From positions 8,961 through 72,960 of the forward strand of contig JANTFX010000004.1 in NCBI GenBank assembly GCA_024763215.1: a stretch of DNA of 64,000 nucleotides. The letters are read 5' to 3'. The translations under genes and the position numbers were made by a program. The stretch comes from Candidatus Krumholzibacteriia bacterium. Its GTDB lineage: Bacteria > Krumholzibacteriota > Krumholzibacteriia > LZORAL124-64-63. Every line of letters starts with the position of its first letter. Position 1 is the first letter of the stretch. The notes under the pieces were generated by a model. That model was not told the DNA's origin and did no database searches. It saw nothing but the letters and a program-made list of their open reading frames with translations. Below, piece after piece: positions 19,067-28,081 of the stretch.

Positions 19067-20581
19067 ATGTTAGAATGGTTCCAGGCTTTCCATGCTTCGC
19101 TGCCGAACTGGCTGCAGGAGTTTTCCCCCGTGGTGCTCCTGCTGATCGTCGTGGCGCTCGTCTTCTACCGCCTGCCTTCGGTGGATGTCGGCCACGACAA
19201 GGGCTTCAAGCGCCGGCGGCTGATGAACTGGCTACCGCTGGGCCTGACCTACGCCTTCCTCTACATGGGGCGCTACAACCTGAAGATCAGCAAGTTCGCC
19301 TTCGAGGAGATGAAGGGGCTGGACGGCAGTCCGCTTATGGGCAACTCCGACTTCGGGGTGATCTTCATGTGGGGGACCATCGTCTACGGTATCTCGTTCA
19401 TCATCAACGGGCCGTTGACCGACCGCCTGGGCGGGCGGTTCTCCATCCTGATGGGCGCGGGCGGGGCCATGGTCATGAACGCCCTGATGGGGCTGGCCTC
19501 GCTGTCGTTGCTGCATCACGGGCCCATGTCCCATCTCCTGTCGGCGCACTTCGTGGTGATCTTCTCCATCCTCTACTCGCTCAACATGTACTTCCAGAGC
19601 TTCGGAGCCGTGGCCATCGTCAAGGTCAACGCGCCCTGGTTCCACGTGCGCGAGCGCGGGGTGTTCGGCGCCATCTTCGGCATCCTGATCTCCCTGGGCA
19701 TCTATTTCGCCTTCGACCTGGGCGACATGATCCTGGACGGCATGGGGCTGATCTGGGTGTTCTTCATGCCGGCGATCCTGCTGGGGCTGTTCTGGATCAT
19801 CGACTTCTTCATCGTGCGCAACCGCCCCTCGCTGGCGGGCCAGGAGGACTTCGACACCGACGACGCCACCTCGGGCCAGGAAGGGCCGCGCCTGGGAGCG
19901 GTCAAGGTGTTCAAGATGATGCTGAGCAATCCCGTCATCATGACCATCGCCTTCATCGAGTTTTGCAGCGGGTTCCTGCGCCAGGCCATTATGCAGTGGT
20001 TCCGGACCTTCGCCAAGCAGACCGACGCCGTTCTGGGTCTGAAGGAGAGCTTCGTGTACCACAACTGGGGGCTGTTGCTTTGCATCGCCGGGATCACCGG
20101 CGGGGTGATCGCCGGGGTGATCAGCGACCACGTGTTCCAGTCGCGGCGCGGGCCGGTGGCCGGGCTGCTCTACGGCGTGATGCTCATCAGTTCGGTGGTC
20201 CTGCTGTTCACCTACCAGATGCCCTTCGTGGGCTGGCTGGTGATCCTGATGTCCATGGCCGTCATCGGCGTCCACGGCATGCTCTCGGGCACCGCGAGCA
20301 TGGATTTCGGCGGAGCGCGCAACGCGGGGATCGCGGTGGGGATCATCGACGGATTTGTTTATCTTGGCACTGCGGTCATGTCGGGCACCTACGCCCTGAT
20401 CCTGCCGCACGAGGAGCTTGATGCCGCGGGGCACATCGCCGGGGCGGCCACCGATCCTGCGAACTGGCGGGCCTGGCCCCTGGCCATGATCCCCATGGCC
20501 GTGATCGGACTGGTGCTGGCGTCCCGGCTGTGGAACGCCAAGCCCAAGCCCAAGCCCAAAGCCCAGCCCGAGGTCTCCTGA
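19067..20581 (+). CDS. MFS transporter, GlpT/UhpT (OPA)-like
   Basis: YAFLYMGRYN, NGPLTDRLGGR, WF..RERG, GIAVGIIDGFVYLG; many TM helices. Confidence 0.85.
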   Translation: MLEWFQAFHASLPNWLQEFSPVVLLLIVVALVFYRLPSVDVGHDKGFKRRRLMNWLPLGLTYAFLYMGRYNLKISKFAFEEMKGLDGSPLMGNSDFGVIFMWGTIVYGISFIINGPLTDRLGGRFSILMGAGGAMVMNALMGLASLSLLHHGPMSHLLSAHFVVIFSILYSLNMYFQSFGAVAIVKVNAPWFHVRERGVFGAIFGILISLGIYFAFDLGDMILDGMGLIWVFFMPAILLGLFWIIDFFIVRNRPSLAGQEDFDTDDATSGQEGPRLGAVKVFKMMLSNPVIMTIAFIEFCSGFLRQAIMQWFRTFAKQTDAVLGLKESFVYHNWGLLLCIAGITGGVIAGVISDHVFQSRRGPVAGLLYGVMLISSVVLLFTYQMPFVGWLVILMSMAVIGVHGMLSGTASMDFGGARNAGIAVGIIDGFVYLGTAVMSGTYALILPHEELDAAGHIAGAATDPANWRAWPLAMIPMAVIGLVLASRLWNAKPKPKPKAQPEVS

Positions 20582-20607
20582 ACCTGGGCCTGCCGAGGTT
20601 GACGAAC

Positions 20608-22554
20608 ATGTTACGCATGATACGCGCCGGTGCCGCGCTGCTGTCGCTTGCGGTGCTGTGTGCGGCGGCGGGGGCCCAGACTCCCGCGCTCGCGCCGGCT
20701 GATTCTTCCGCTCTTGCTCCCGGTTTCATGGTGGTCGACGGGGACACCCTGTGGGTGGCCGCGCCCCTGGAGGTTGTCGGCACGCGGGTGCCGGCGGCGC
20801 TGCCGGGTCAGCTGCGCCCGGTGGGTGTGGTGGCGGCGGACGATCTGGATGAGCTGCCGGCCGGTTCGATTTCCGATGCCCTGGCCGCCGCGCCGGGGGT
20901 GGTCACGGGGCAGCGGCGCACCTTCGGTGTCCAGTCGGACCTGAGCATTAGGGGCTCCAGCTTCGAGCAGGTGCAGGTGCTGCTGGACGGCAACGACATG
21001 AGCGACCCCCAGACGGGCCACCACCTGCTGGACCTGCCGTTGGCCCTGCAGGACATCGAGCGTCTGGAGGTGCTGCCGGGCCATGGCTCGGCGCTCTACG
21101 GGTCGGGGGCCTTCGGCGGCACCCTGAACGTGGTCACCAGGCAGCCGGGAGACCGCACCGGTGGCGAGGTTGCCGTCAGCGGCGGCGGGCAAGGCACGCG
21201 CGGGGCACGCGGTGCCGCCGATGTGCGGCTTGATGAGGCGACGGGTTTGCGGCTGTCGGGCTCCGCCTTCGGCACCGACGGCTACGATGTGCCGACCGCC
21301 GGGGGCGGCAAGCAATGGGCGGGCAACGACGCCGAGGTCTATACGGCCACCGGCCGTCTGGTGCGCAATACCGACGGCGGCCAGTGGGATGCCTTCGCCG
21401 GTTACGCCGCGCGCGAGTTCGGCGCCCTGGATTTCTACGCGCCCTACCCCTCGCGCGAGCGCACGCGCACCTTCTTCGCCGCGCTCAAGCGCAACTGGTC
21501 GGCGTCCCGGCGCCTGACCCTCGAGCCGCGGCTGCATTTCCGGCGGCACACCGACCGCTTCATCCTGCTCAAGGACGACCCCGAAGCTTTCACCAATGAC
21601 CATGTGACCCGCCGCGCCGCCGGCGAGCTTCGCGGCATCGTGGATCTGGGCCGGGGCCATGCGGCGGCCTGGAGTCTGGAGGGTGCGTACGAGGACATCG
21701 ACAGCCGGGGCCTGCGCGCGGGCGCCTGGGGCGAGGCCCTGGGCTTCCATGTGCGCCGCAGGATGTCGCTGGCGGTGGAGGTCGACCGCAACCGGGGGCC
21801 GGTGCGTTGGCAACTCGGGGGGCGCATCGACGGCCGCGATGCTTACGCGCCCCGCACCACCGGCACCGCGGCTCTGGCCTGGGATCCGACCCGCGCCTGG
21901 ACCGTGCGCGGCAGCATGGGGGGCGTGTTCCGGGTGCCCACCTTCACCGAGCTTTACTATGTAAGCCCGGCCAACGTGGGCAACCCCGGCCTGAAGCCGG
22001 AGCACGGCTGGACCTGGGATACCGGGCTCGGCTGGCATGCCGGCGCCATGGCCGCCCGGGCCACGTACTTCGAGCGCTACGAGGACGATCTGATCGAATG
22101 GGCGCGGCCCGCGAACGCGGCGGATAATCCCTGGCAGGTCATGAACATCGCCACGGGCAAGACCCGGGGCACCGAGCTGCGCCTGGACTGGACCGCGCCC
22201 CGCGGACACAGCCTGGGCCTGTCGTGGTCGTGGCTCGACAAGACCACCGCCCTGCCTGCTGGTTTTATGGGCAAGTACACCCTGCTGGCGCCGCGGCAGG
22301 TGCTGGCGGCCCGGGGCAACCTGGTGCTGCCCGCGGGGTTCGGCCTGGGGCTGACCTCCCGCTACATCGAACGCACCGGCGGCCCCGCGGAATTCAACAC
22401 GGCCTTCGTCCTGGACGGCAAGCTGACCTGGACCAGGGGCGACTGGTTCGCCCACCTGACGGGCACCAACCTGCTGGACCGCAGCTACCAGGAGGTGCCC
22501 GGGGTGTATATGTCCGGGCCGCTGGCGGTGGTGGAGGTCGGACGCAGGTTCTGA
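20608..22554 (+). CDS. TonB-dependent receptor (BtuB-like)
   Basis: Plug motifs LSIRGSSFEQVQVLLDG and IERLEVLPGHGSALYGSGAFGGTLNVVT; NPGLKPE; NLLDRSY; terminal Phe. Confidence 0.92.
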   Translation: MLRMIRAGAALLSLAVLCAAAGAQTPALAPADSSALAPGFMVVDGDTLWVAAPLEVVGTRVPAALPGQLRPVGVVAADDLDELPAGSISDALAAAPGVVTGQRRTFGVQSDLSIRGSSFEQVQVLLDGNDMSDPQTGHHLLDLPLALQDIERLEVLPGHGSALYGSGAFGGTLNVVTRQPGDRTGGEVAVSGGGQGTRGARGAADVRLDEATGLRLSGSAFGTDGYDVPTAGGGKQWAGNDAEVYTATGRLVRNTDGGQWDAFAGYAAREFGALDFYAPYPSRERTRTFFAALKRNWSASRRLTLEPRLHFRRHTDRFILLKDDPEAFTNDHVTRRAAGELRGIVDLGRGHAAAWSLEGAYEDIDSRGLRAGAWGEALGFHVRRRMSLAVEVDRNRGPVRWQLGGRIDGRDAYAPRTTGTAALAWDPTRAWTVRGSMGGVFRVPTFTELYYVSPANVGNPGLKPEHGWTWDTGLGWHAGAMAARATYFERYEDDLIEWARPANAADNPWQVMNIATGKTRGTELRLDWTAPRGHSLGLSWSWLDKTTALPAGFMGKYTLLAPRQVLAARGNLVLPAGFGLGLTSRYIERTGGPAEFNTAFVLDGKLTWTRGDWFAHLTGTNLLDRSYQEVPGVYMSGPLAVVEVGRRF

Positions 22555-22648
22555 TTACTGCCTGATATCGAACTGATGCGGACCCTCTTCGAACATGGGA
22601 CCCTCGGCTATATTAGGTGCGCAACGGGGGGATGCTTTTGGCGCCAGG

Positions 22649-22678
22649 TAGTCCGCCGCCTCTTAGTCCGCCGCCTCT
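22649..22678. repeat. Perfect 15-bp tandem duplication
   Basis: TAGTCCGCCGCCTCT occurs at 22649-22663 and 22664-22678. Confidence 0.85.
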
Positions 22679-22724
22679 GTCGGCGTGACTCGCATCTGCC
22701 CAGCTGCTCTTTCGTGTACCACGA

Positions 22725-22774
22725 GTGTCCCACTGTCCCACGTAATCGGGGTGGACGGTTGGCAAGTGGGACAC
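22725..22774. promoter_or_regulatory. 10-bp inverted repeat upstream of the AT-rich islet (possible regulator site)
   Basis: GTGTCCCACT (22725-22734) and AGTGGGACAC (22765-22774), 30-nt spacer. Confidence 0.45.
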
Positions 22775-22953
22775 AATTAATGAGACATTGATTTGAATGC
22801 GGGAATGTGGATGTATGGAAAATATTGTAATGTAATAAGTTAGGATATTTGCAGCTGTTGGGTGTGGAATATGCTGAATTGGATGTGTGCGCGTGGGATG
22901 TCCTGCGATTATTGCAAAATCGGGGCTGTTACTCTTATTAAGGAGGGGGTCAG

Positions 22954-23850
22954 ATGAAGGCTCTATTGGTGATAATGACGGTTTTTTTGTTTGCTGGTTG
23001 CTATTCTCCTGATACCTCTTCCTCCCCTGGGGATATCACAAAGCCCTTCGATAACAGGGTGATACCATGGCGGATGGAGAAAAAAATGACTTCGGGAACC
23101 CCATGCGTTGTTGGAGGTGATGCTTTAGCGACCTTTAAAGTTGGTGATTCATTGGTCGATATTCTGATTCAGTATTATGACAACGATACTTGTGTGTTGT
23201 TGGCAAGATGGGATGATTCAGTTTGTAGGTGGGTGCGTTTGATACCGCTTGCCGACAAGAACAAAGTCGGGTATTCAGCCGAAATACTGAATGGTGGTGT
23301 CGTGTTGTTTGGAACTCAACTGTTATTCGATTCTGTTGATACCGATGTTATCGAGTTAACAGAGTATACTCCCGATGACAAACTCCAGATTGTAATAAAT
23401 GATTGTCCAGGTGACAGCCTTTCTGAGTCATATTGTTTCAATAATACATCCCCCACGGAGTTCAGGCGCGCAAAGTCAACAACACAATCGGAAATGGAAC
23501 AAATTGTCCTTCAGGTGGAGGCGGAGAAAAATCTAACGGATGAGAGCATATTCGGCTATGGCAGCACGTTGTATTACAATGATGATGGAGAACGCCTGAT
23601 AAATCTAGTTAGGGATGATTCTTTTGCCCGGTGGGTCTTCAACCTGTCGAATTCCGGGGAATTAGTCGTTGACACATATAGATGGGGATGGTCTGATTGG
23701 ATTACTGGGTGTGCTCTCGCCAAGTGTTTGCTTGGTGGCGGTCCTGCGAATCCAGTTTGTGCAACCTGTACTGTAGTATCCGGGGGCCTGTGGTTTGCTA
23801 AAGCCGTTACTTGTTTAATTGACTGTGATGCTTGGCCGGAGGGTATGTAA
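22954..23850 (+). CDS. AT-rich lipoprotein with Cys-rich hydrophobic C-terminal peptide (bacteriocin-precursor-like)
   Basis: AAGGAGG RBS; lipobox FAGC; last 55 aa contain 6 Cys; codon usage differs visibly from neighbours. Confidence 0.7.
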   Translation: MKALLVIMTVFLFAGCYSPDTSSSPGDITKPFDNRVIPWRMEKKMTSGTPCVVGGDALATFKVGDSLVDILIQYYDNDTCVLLARWDDSVCRWVRLIPLADKNKVGYSAEILNGGVVLFGTQLLFDSVDTDVIELTEYTPDDKLQIVINDCPGDSLSESYCFNNTSPTEFRRAKSTTQSEMEQIVLQVEAEKNLTDESIFGYGSTLYYNDDGERLINLVRDDSFARWVFNLSNSGELVVDTYRWGWSDWITGCALAKCLLGGGPANPVCATCTVVSGGLWFAKAVTCLIDCDAWPEGM

Positions 23851-23852
23851 CA

Positions 23853-24092
23853 ATGGGAAACCAGGATTTGACAAGGGCGCTGGATGCATTCGTGTGTTTT
23901 TTGGGCGTTTTTTTGTTTGGCTTGGGGTTATGGAAAATCCATCGGCAAAAGATGACCCCGGGCACTTTTTTTGTTCCCGGCAGCTCTAGTGAATTCAGGC
24001 GCAACATGGGGACGGCTCCCTTTTGGCTCATTATAGTCGGCGCCCTCATGACCCTTGTCATGCTGTTCTTTCACGCTATTGGGAGCCCGTGA
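23853..24092 (+). CDS. Small two-TM membrane protein (possible immunity partner)
   Basis: ATG 2 nt after the upstream stop, GGAGG upstream, two hydrophobic stretches (AFVCFLGVFLFGLGLW; FWLIIVGALMTLVMLFF). Confidence 0.6.
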   Translation: MGNQDLTRALDAFVCFLGVFLFGLGLWKIHRQKMTPGTFFVPGSSSEFRRNMGTAPFWLIIVGALMTLVMLFFHAIGSP

Positions 24093-24096
24093 GCTT

Positions 24097-25509
24097 TTAC
24101 CGGAAGATATCGATCCGCCGCCACCGGCCCGAGGCGAAACGCCGGTACAGGGCCAGGCCCTGCAGCAGGTAGCAGAAGCTGGCGCCTATCCATGCCGTTT
24201 CCACATCGCCCCCCCGCATGACGATGAGGTACCAGGTCAGGGGGATGAACAGGCCCCACATCAGGCCCAGGGTGACCAGCATGGTGAAGCGGGTGTCGCC
24301 GGCACCGCCCAGGATGCCGCTGCTGAGCATGCGCAATCCGTCGAAGATCTGGAAGATCGCCGCGGTGACGGCCAGGCCCGCGCCCAGGGCCAGCACGGCT
24401 GGATCGCCGGTGAAGATGCGGAAGATCTCATGGCGCAGCAGGACGATGACCACGGCCAGGGATAGGGAATAGTAGAGCCCCAGCTTGTAGGTCTGCCGCC
24501 CGTAGCGTGCGGCCATGTCCGGGTCGCGCGCCCCGATCCAGTTTCCGGTCAGCACGCTGGCGGCTGTGGTCAGCCCCCACAGGGGCATGAAGCTGAACGA
24601 GAGCAGCTGGATGGTGATCTGGCTGGCGGCCAGGGGCACCGCGCCGGTGGTGCCCACGAAGATGGTGAACATCAGGAAGCCGCCCATGTCGATGAACCCT
24701 TCCCAGGCCGCCGGCGCGCCCACCCGCACCATGCGCCCGATGGCGGCCCGGTCCAGCGACCGCGGCAGGTGCAACCGGTACCTGTGGCGCAGGTGCGGCG
24801 CCAGGGCCCACAGCACCAGGGCCACGGTGTTCACCATGACGCCGCAACTGGTGGCCATGGCCGCGCCCTTGACGCCCAGGGCCGGTACGGCCAGCAGGGT
24901 GTGGCCGCCGAGTTCGAAGCCGCTCCAACCGAAGATCAGCCAGATGTCCAGCACCAGGTTCACCACGTTGCCGATGATGCCCGCGTACATGGGAATCTTC
25001 ACGTCGCGGCGGCCCTGGAAGAAGCCCATGAGGACGAACCCCGCCTGGGTGAACACGGCGCTCAGGCTGCGCCACTTGATGTAGGTGTAGGTCAGGGTCT
25101 GCACTTCGGGGGGATTGTGGGTCCAGGGCAGCAGCAGGTAGCTGAAGTAGCCGAAAACCTGCAGGACGAGTCCTGAGAACAGGGCGATGTACAGGCCCTG
25201 CCAGGCGTAGTGGGCCACTCCGGGGTCGTCGTTCTTGCCGTGGGACTGGGAGACGAAGGTGCCGGTGATGCGGCTCAGGTTGTTGAAAAGGGAGTACGAG
25301 GCCCAGGTGAGCATGCCTCCCAGGCCGGCCGCGGCCAGGGAAACGCTGTTGACCCGTCCGAGCAGGGCGGTGTCCACCGTCCACATCAAGGTCTGCGACA
25401 GCATGGCCAGGATGGTGGGCGTGGCCAGGGCGAGGATCTCGCGCCCGTGATGCACCGCGACCACATCGCGCAGGGAATTCCGGTGGCGTTCGGTGGTGTT
25501 CAGGGTCAT
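24097..25509 (-). CDS. MATE-family efflux transporter
   Basis: LALATPTIL..VDTALLGRV, FFQGRRDVKIPM..NLVLD, LGVKGAAMAT, LGGAGDT. Confidence 0.9.
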   Translation of the reverse strand: MTLNTTERHRNSLRDVVAVHHGREILALATPTILAMLSQTLMWTVDTALLGRVNSVSLAAAGLGGMLTWASYSLFNNLSRITGTFVSQSHGKNDDPGVAHYAWQGLYIALFSGLVLQVFGYFSYLLLPWTHNPPEVQTLTYTYIKWRSLSAVFTQAGFVLMGFFQGRRDVKIPMYAGIIGNVVNLVLDIWLIFGWSGFELGGHTLLAVPALGVKGAAMATSCGVMVNTVALVLWALAPHLRHRYRLHLPRSLDRAAIGRMVRVGAPAAWEGFIDMGGFLMFTIFVGTTGAVPLAASQITIQLLSFSFMPLWGLTTAASVLTGNWIGARDPDMAARYGRQTYKLGLYYSLSLAVVIVLLRHEIFRIFTGDPAVLALGAGLAVTAAIFQIFDGLRMLSSGILGGAGDTRFTMLVTLGLMWGLFIPLTWYLIVMRGGDVETAWIGASFCYLLQGLALYRRFASGRWRRIDIFR

Positions 25510-25595
25510 CATTCCTTGTCGTGGCCATCGGCCAAAGAGAGCGTCCGGATTCGTCATGATGCCCCAGGATGCGCCACCGGAACAGGAGAAACCGC

Positions 25596-26933
25596 ATGAC
25601 CAGACTCTTGCCAACAGCGGCAGGACCGGTGACCGGCGCGCTCAGCGTGCCCGGGGACAAGTCCGTTTCCCACCGGGCCGCCCTGTTCGGGCTGCTGGCC
25701 ACCGGACCCTGCCGCGCCACCGGCTGGCTGGATGCCGCGGACACCCGCAGCAGCCTGGCGGCGGTGCAAAGGTTGGGCGCGGATGCTTCCTACGAGGGCA
25801 AGGTGCTCCGGGTTGCTCCAGGAACCGGACCCGCCGCCCTTGTCGGGCGCCGGGATCCGGTCGCCATCGACTGCGGCAACAGCGGCACCACCGCGCGCCT
25901 GCTCATGGGTTTGCTGGCCGGCTGGTTGCCGCCGGGAGGGCCGGATGTGGTGCTGTCCGGCGACGCCTCCCTGAGCGGGCGGCCCATGAACCGGGTGATC
26001 GAGCCGTTGCGCGGCATGGATGCGGACATCACCTGCCTGCAGGAGGACGGGCGGTTGCCCGTCCGGGTGGGCGGGGCGGATCTCCAGGCGGTCGAACACG
26101 AATTGCCGGTGCCCTCGGCCCAGGTCAAGTCGGCCCTGCTGCTGGCGGGGCTGCACGCGCGCGGGCGCACCGTCATCCACGGCGGAGGCGCCTCGCGGGA
26201 CCACACCGAGCGCCTGCTGCGGGTCATGGGCGTGCGGCTGGAGGACCTGCCCCGCGGCGGCCTGGCCATCACGGGCGGGCAGCAGCCGGGCCACTTCGAT
26301 ATAGTCGTGCCTGGCGATCCCTCCTCGGCGGCGTTCTTCCTGACCGCGGCGGCCATGATCCCCGGCTCTCGGGTCACCGTTACCGGCCACGCCTTGAACG
26401 AGGGCCGCCTCGGCGCCCTGCGGATGCTGCGCCGGGCCGGGGCGGACGTGACCCTTGCGCGCGCCCGGGGCCCGCGCGAGGGGGAGATGCTGGGCGATGT
26501 GACCGTGGCGTACGGACGGCCGCGACCCTTCACCATCATCGGGGACGAGATCCCCACCCTGGTGGACGAGATCCCCGCCCTGGCGGTGCTGGCCACGGCC
26601 CTGCCGGGGACCAGCGTGATCAGCGGGGCGCAGGAGCTGCGGGTCAAGGAATCGGACCGGCTGGCGCTCATGGCGGCCAACCTGCAGCGCCTGGGGGCCA
26701 AGGTCACCGAGAAGCCCGACGGCCTGGAAATCACCGGCCCGGCGCGGCTGCGCGGGGGCACCGAAGATGCCCCCCTGGTGCTGGAGACCGCCGGCGACCA
26801 CCGCATCGCCATGGCCATGGCCATCGCCGCGCTGACTGCCGGGGGGCATTGCGTTCTGGACGATCCGGGGTGCGTCGCGGTATCCTATCCCGACTTTTTC
26901 AACGCCCTGGGCGCATTGCTGCGCCGGGGCTGA
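25596..26933 (+). CDS. aroA: 3-phosphoshikimate 1-carboxyvinyltransferase
   Basis: PGDKSVSHR, DCGNSGTTARL, SAQVKSA, RDHTER, ELRVKESDR, DHRIAM. Confidence 0.97.
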   Translation: MTRLLPTAAGPVTGALSVPGDKSVSHRAALFGLLATGPCRATGWLDAADTRSSLAAVQRLGADASYEGKVLRVAPGTGPAALVGRRDPVAIDCGNSGTTARLLMGLLAGWLPPGGPDVVLSGDASLSGRPMNRVIEPLRGMDADITCLQEDGRLPVRVGGADLQAVEHELPVPSAQVKSALLLAGLHARGRTVIHGGGASRDHTERLLRVMGVRLEDLPRGGLAITGGQQPGHFDIVVPGDPSSAAFFLTAAAMIPGSRVTVTGHALNEGRLGALRMLRRAGADVTLARARGPREGEMLGDVTVAYGRPRPFTIIGDEIPTLVDEIPALAVLATALPGTSVISGAQELRVKESDRLALMAANLQRLGAKVTEKPDGLEITGPARLRGGTEDAPLVLETAGDHRIAMAMAIAALTAGGHCVLDDPGCVAVSYPDFFNALGALLRRG

Positions 26934-26947
26934 CCGACGGAGACCGC

Positions 26948-28081
26948 ATGCTGCGTTACCTGCTGGCCGGCGAGAGCCACGGACCCGCCCTGGTGGGCAT
27001 CCTCGAGGGCTTCCCCGCGGGCCTGGTCATCAAGGAAGCCCTGGTCAACGCCGAGCTGGATCTCAGGCGCCAGGGCTACGGTCGGGGCGTGCGCGTCACA
27101 ACCATCGAACAGGACCGGGTGGAGTTCCTGGCCGGGTTCTGGAAGGGCAGGACGCTGGGCTCGCCCATCGCCTTTACCATCGCCAACCGGGACCACGAGC
27201 TGCGCAAGGGCAAGCCCGCCCAGCGCTGGAAGGTGCCCCGGCCCGGGCATGCGGACCTGCCGGGGGTGATCCGCTACGGCTACGACGATTGCGCCCCGGT
27301 GGCCGAGCGCGCCAGCGCCCGTTCCACCGCCGCCTACACCGCCGCCGGCGCCTGCGCCAAGGCCCTGCTGGCGAAGTTCGGGGTCACGGTGCTGTCCCAT
27401 GTCAAGGCCGTGGGCGGGGTCGAGGCCGCGGAAACCAGGCCGACTCCTGCCCGGCTCAAGCGCATCCGCAAGAACCGGCCCCTGCGTTGCCTCGATGCCG
27501 AGACGGAAAACCGCATGACCGCCGCCATCGACGCCGCCGTGGCCGACGGGGTGACCATCGGCGGGGTGTTCGAGGTGGTGGCCTTCGGCGTCCCGGCGGG
27601 GCTGGGCACATATGCCCATCCGGACCGGCGCCTGGACGCGCGCCTGGCCGCAGAGGTCATGGGCATCCCCGCGGTCAAGGCCATGGAGATCGGCGACGGG
27701 ATGACCGTGGCCGGCGAGGACGGCCGCACGGCCCACGACGAGATCTTCCCCGCGGGGCGGGACCGGGTGCGGCGCGGCACCAACCGCGCGGGCGGCCTCG
27801 AAGGCGGGGTGACCAACGGCGAGCCGGTGGTCGTGCGCGGTTTCGTCAAGCCCATCAGCAGCCAGAAGAGGCGGTTGGCCAGCGTGGACCTGCGCACGGG
27901 CAAGGCGGCCCGGGCGGCGTGGGTGCGGTCGGATACCTGCGTGGTGCCGGCTGCCGGCATCGTGGCCGAGGCCGCGGTGGCCTGGTGTCTGGCCGACGAA
28001 TTGACCAGTTTACTGGGAGGGGACAACCTGGACGTGATGCTGCGGCGCAGCAGGGAACTCACCGGATGGAAAAAGGCATGA
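26948..28081 (+). CDS. aroC: Chorismate synthase
   Basis: MLRYLLAGESHG, PRPGHAD, ERASARST, TNRAGGLEGGVTNG, RSDTC. True start 26948 after GGAG. Confidence 0.96.
   Translation: MLRYLLAGESHGPALVGILEGFPAGLVIKEALVNAELDLRRQGYGRGVRVTTIEQDRVEFLAGFWKGRTLGSPIAFTIANRDHELRKGKPAQRWKVPRPGHADLPGVIRYGYDDCAPVAERASARSTAAYTAAGACAKALLAKFGVTVLSHVKAVGGVEAAETRPTPARLKRIRKNRPLRCLDAETENRMTAAIDAAVADGVTIGGVFEVVAFGVPAGLGTYAHPDRRLDARLAAEVMGIPAVKAMEIGDGMTVAGEDGRTAHDEIFPAGRDRVRRGTNRAGGLEGGVTNGEPVVVRGFVKPISSQKRRLASVDLRTGKAARAAWVRSDTCVVPAAGIVAEAAVAWCLADELTSLLGGDNLDVMLRRSRELTGWKKA

Noticed and set aside
20538-20569. CCAAGC hexamer run
   Set aside because: Encodes a short KPKPKP tail of the MFS protein; in-frame and unremarkable.
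22860-22880. Sigma-54 promoter for the AT-rich islet
   Set aside because: GG-N10-GC spacing is present but the GGCAC core is missing; too weak to call.
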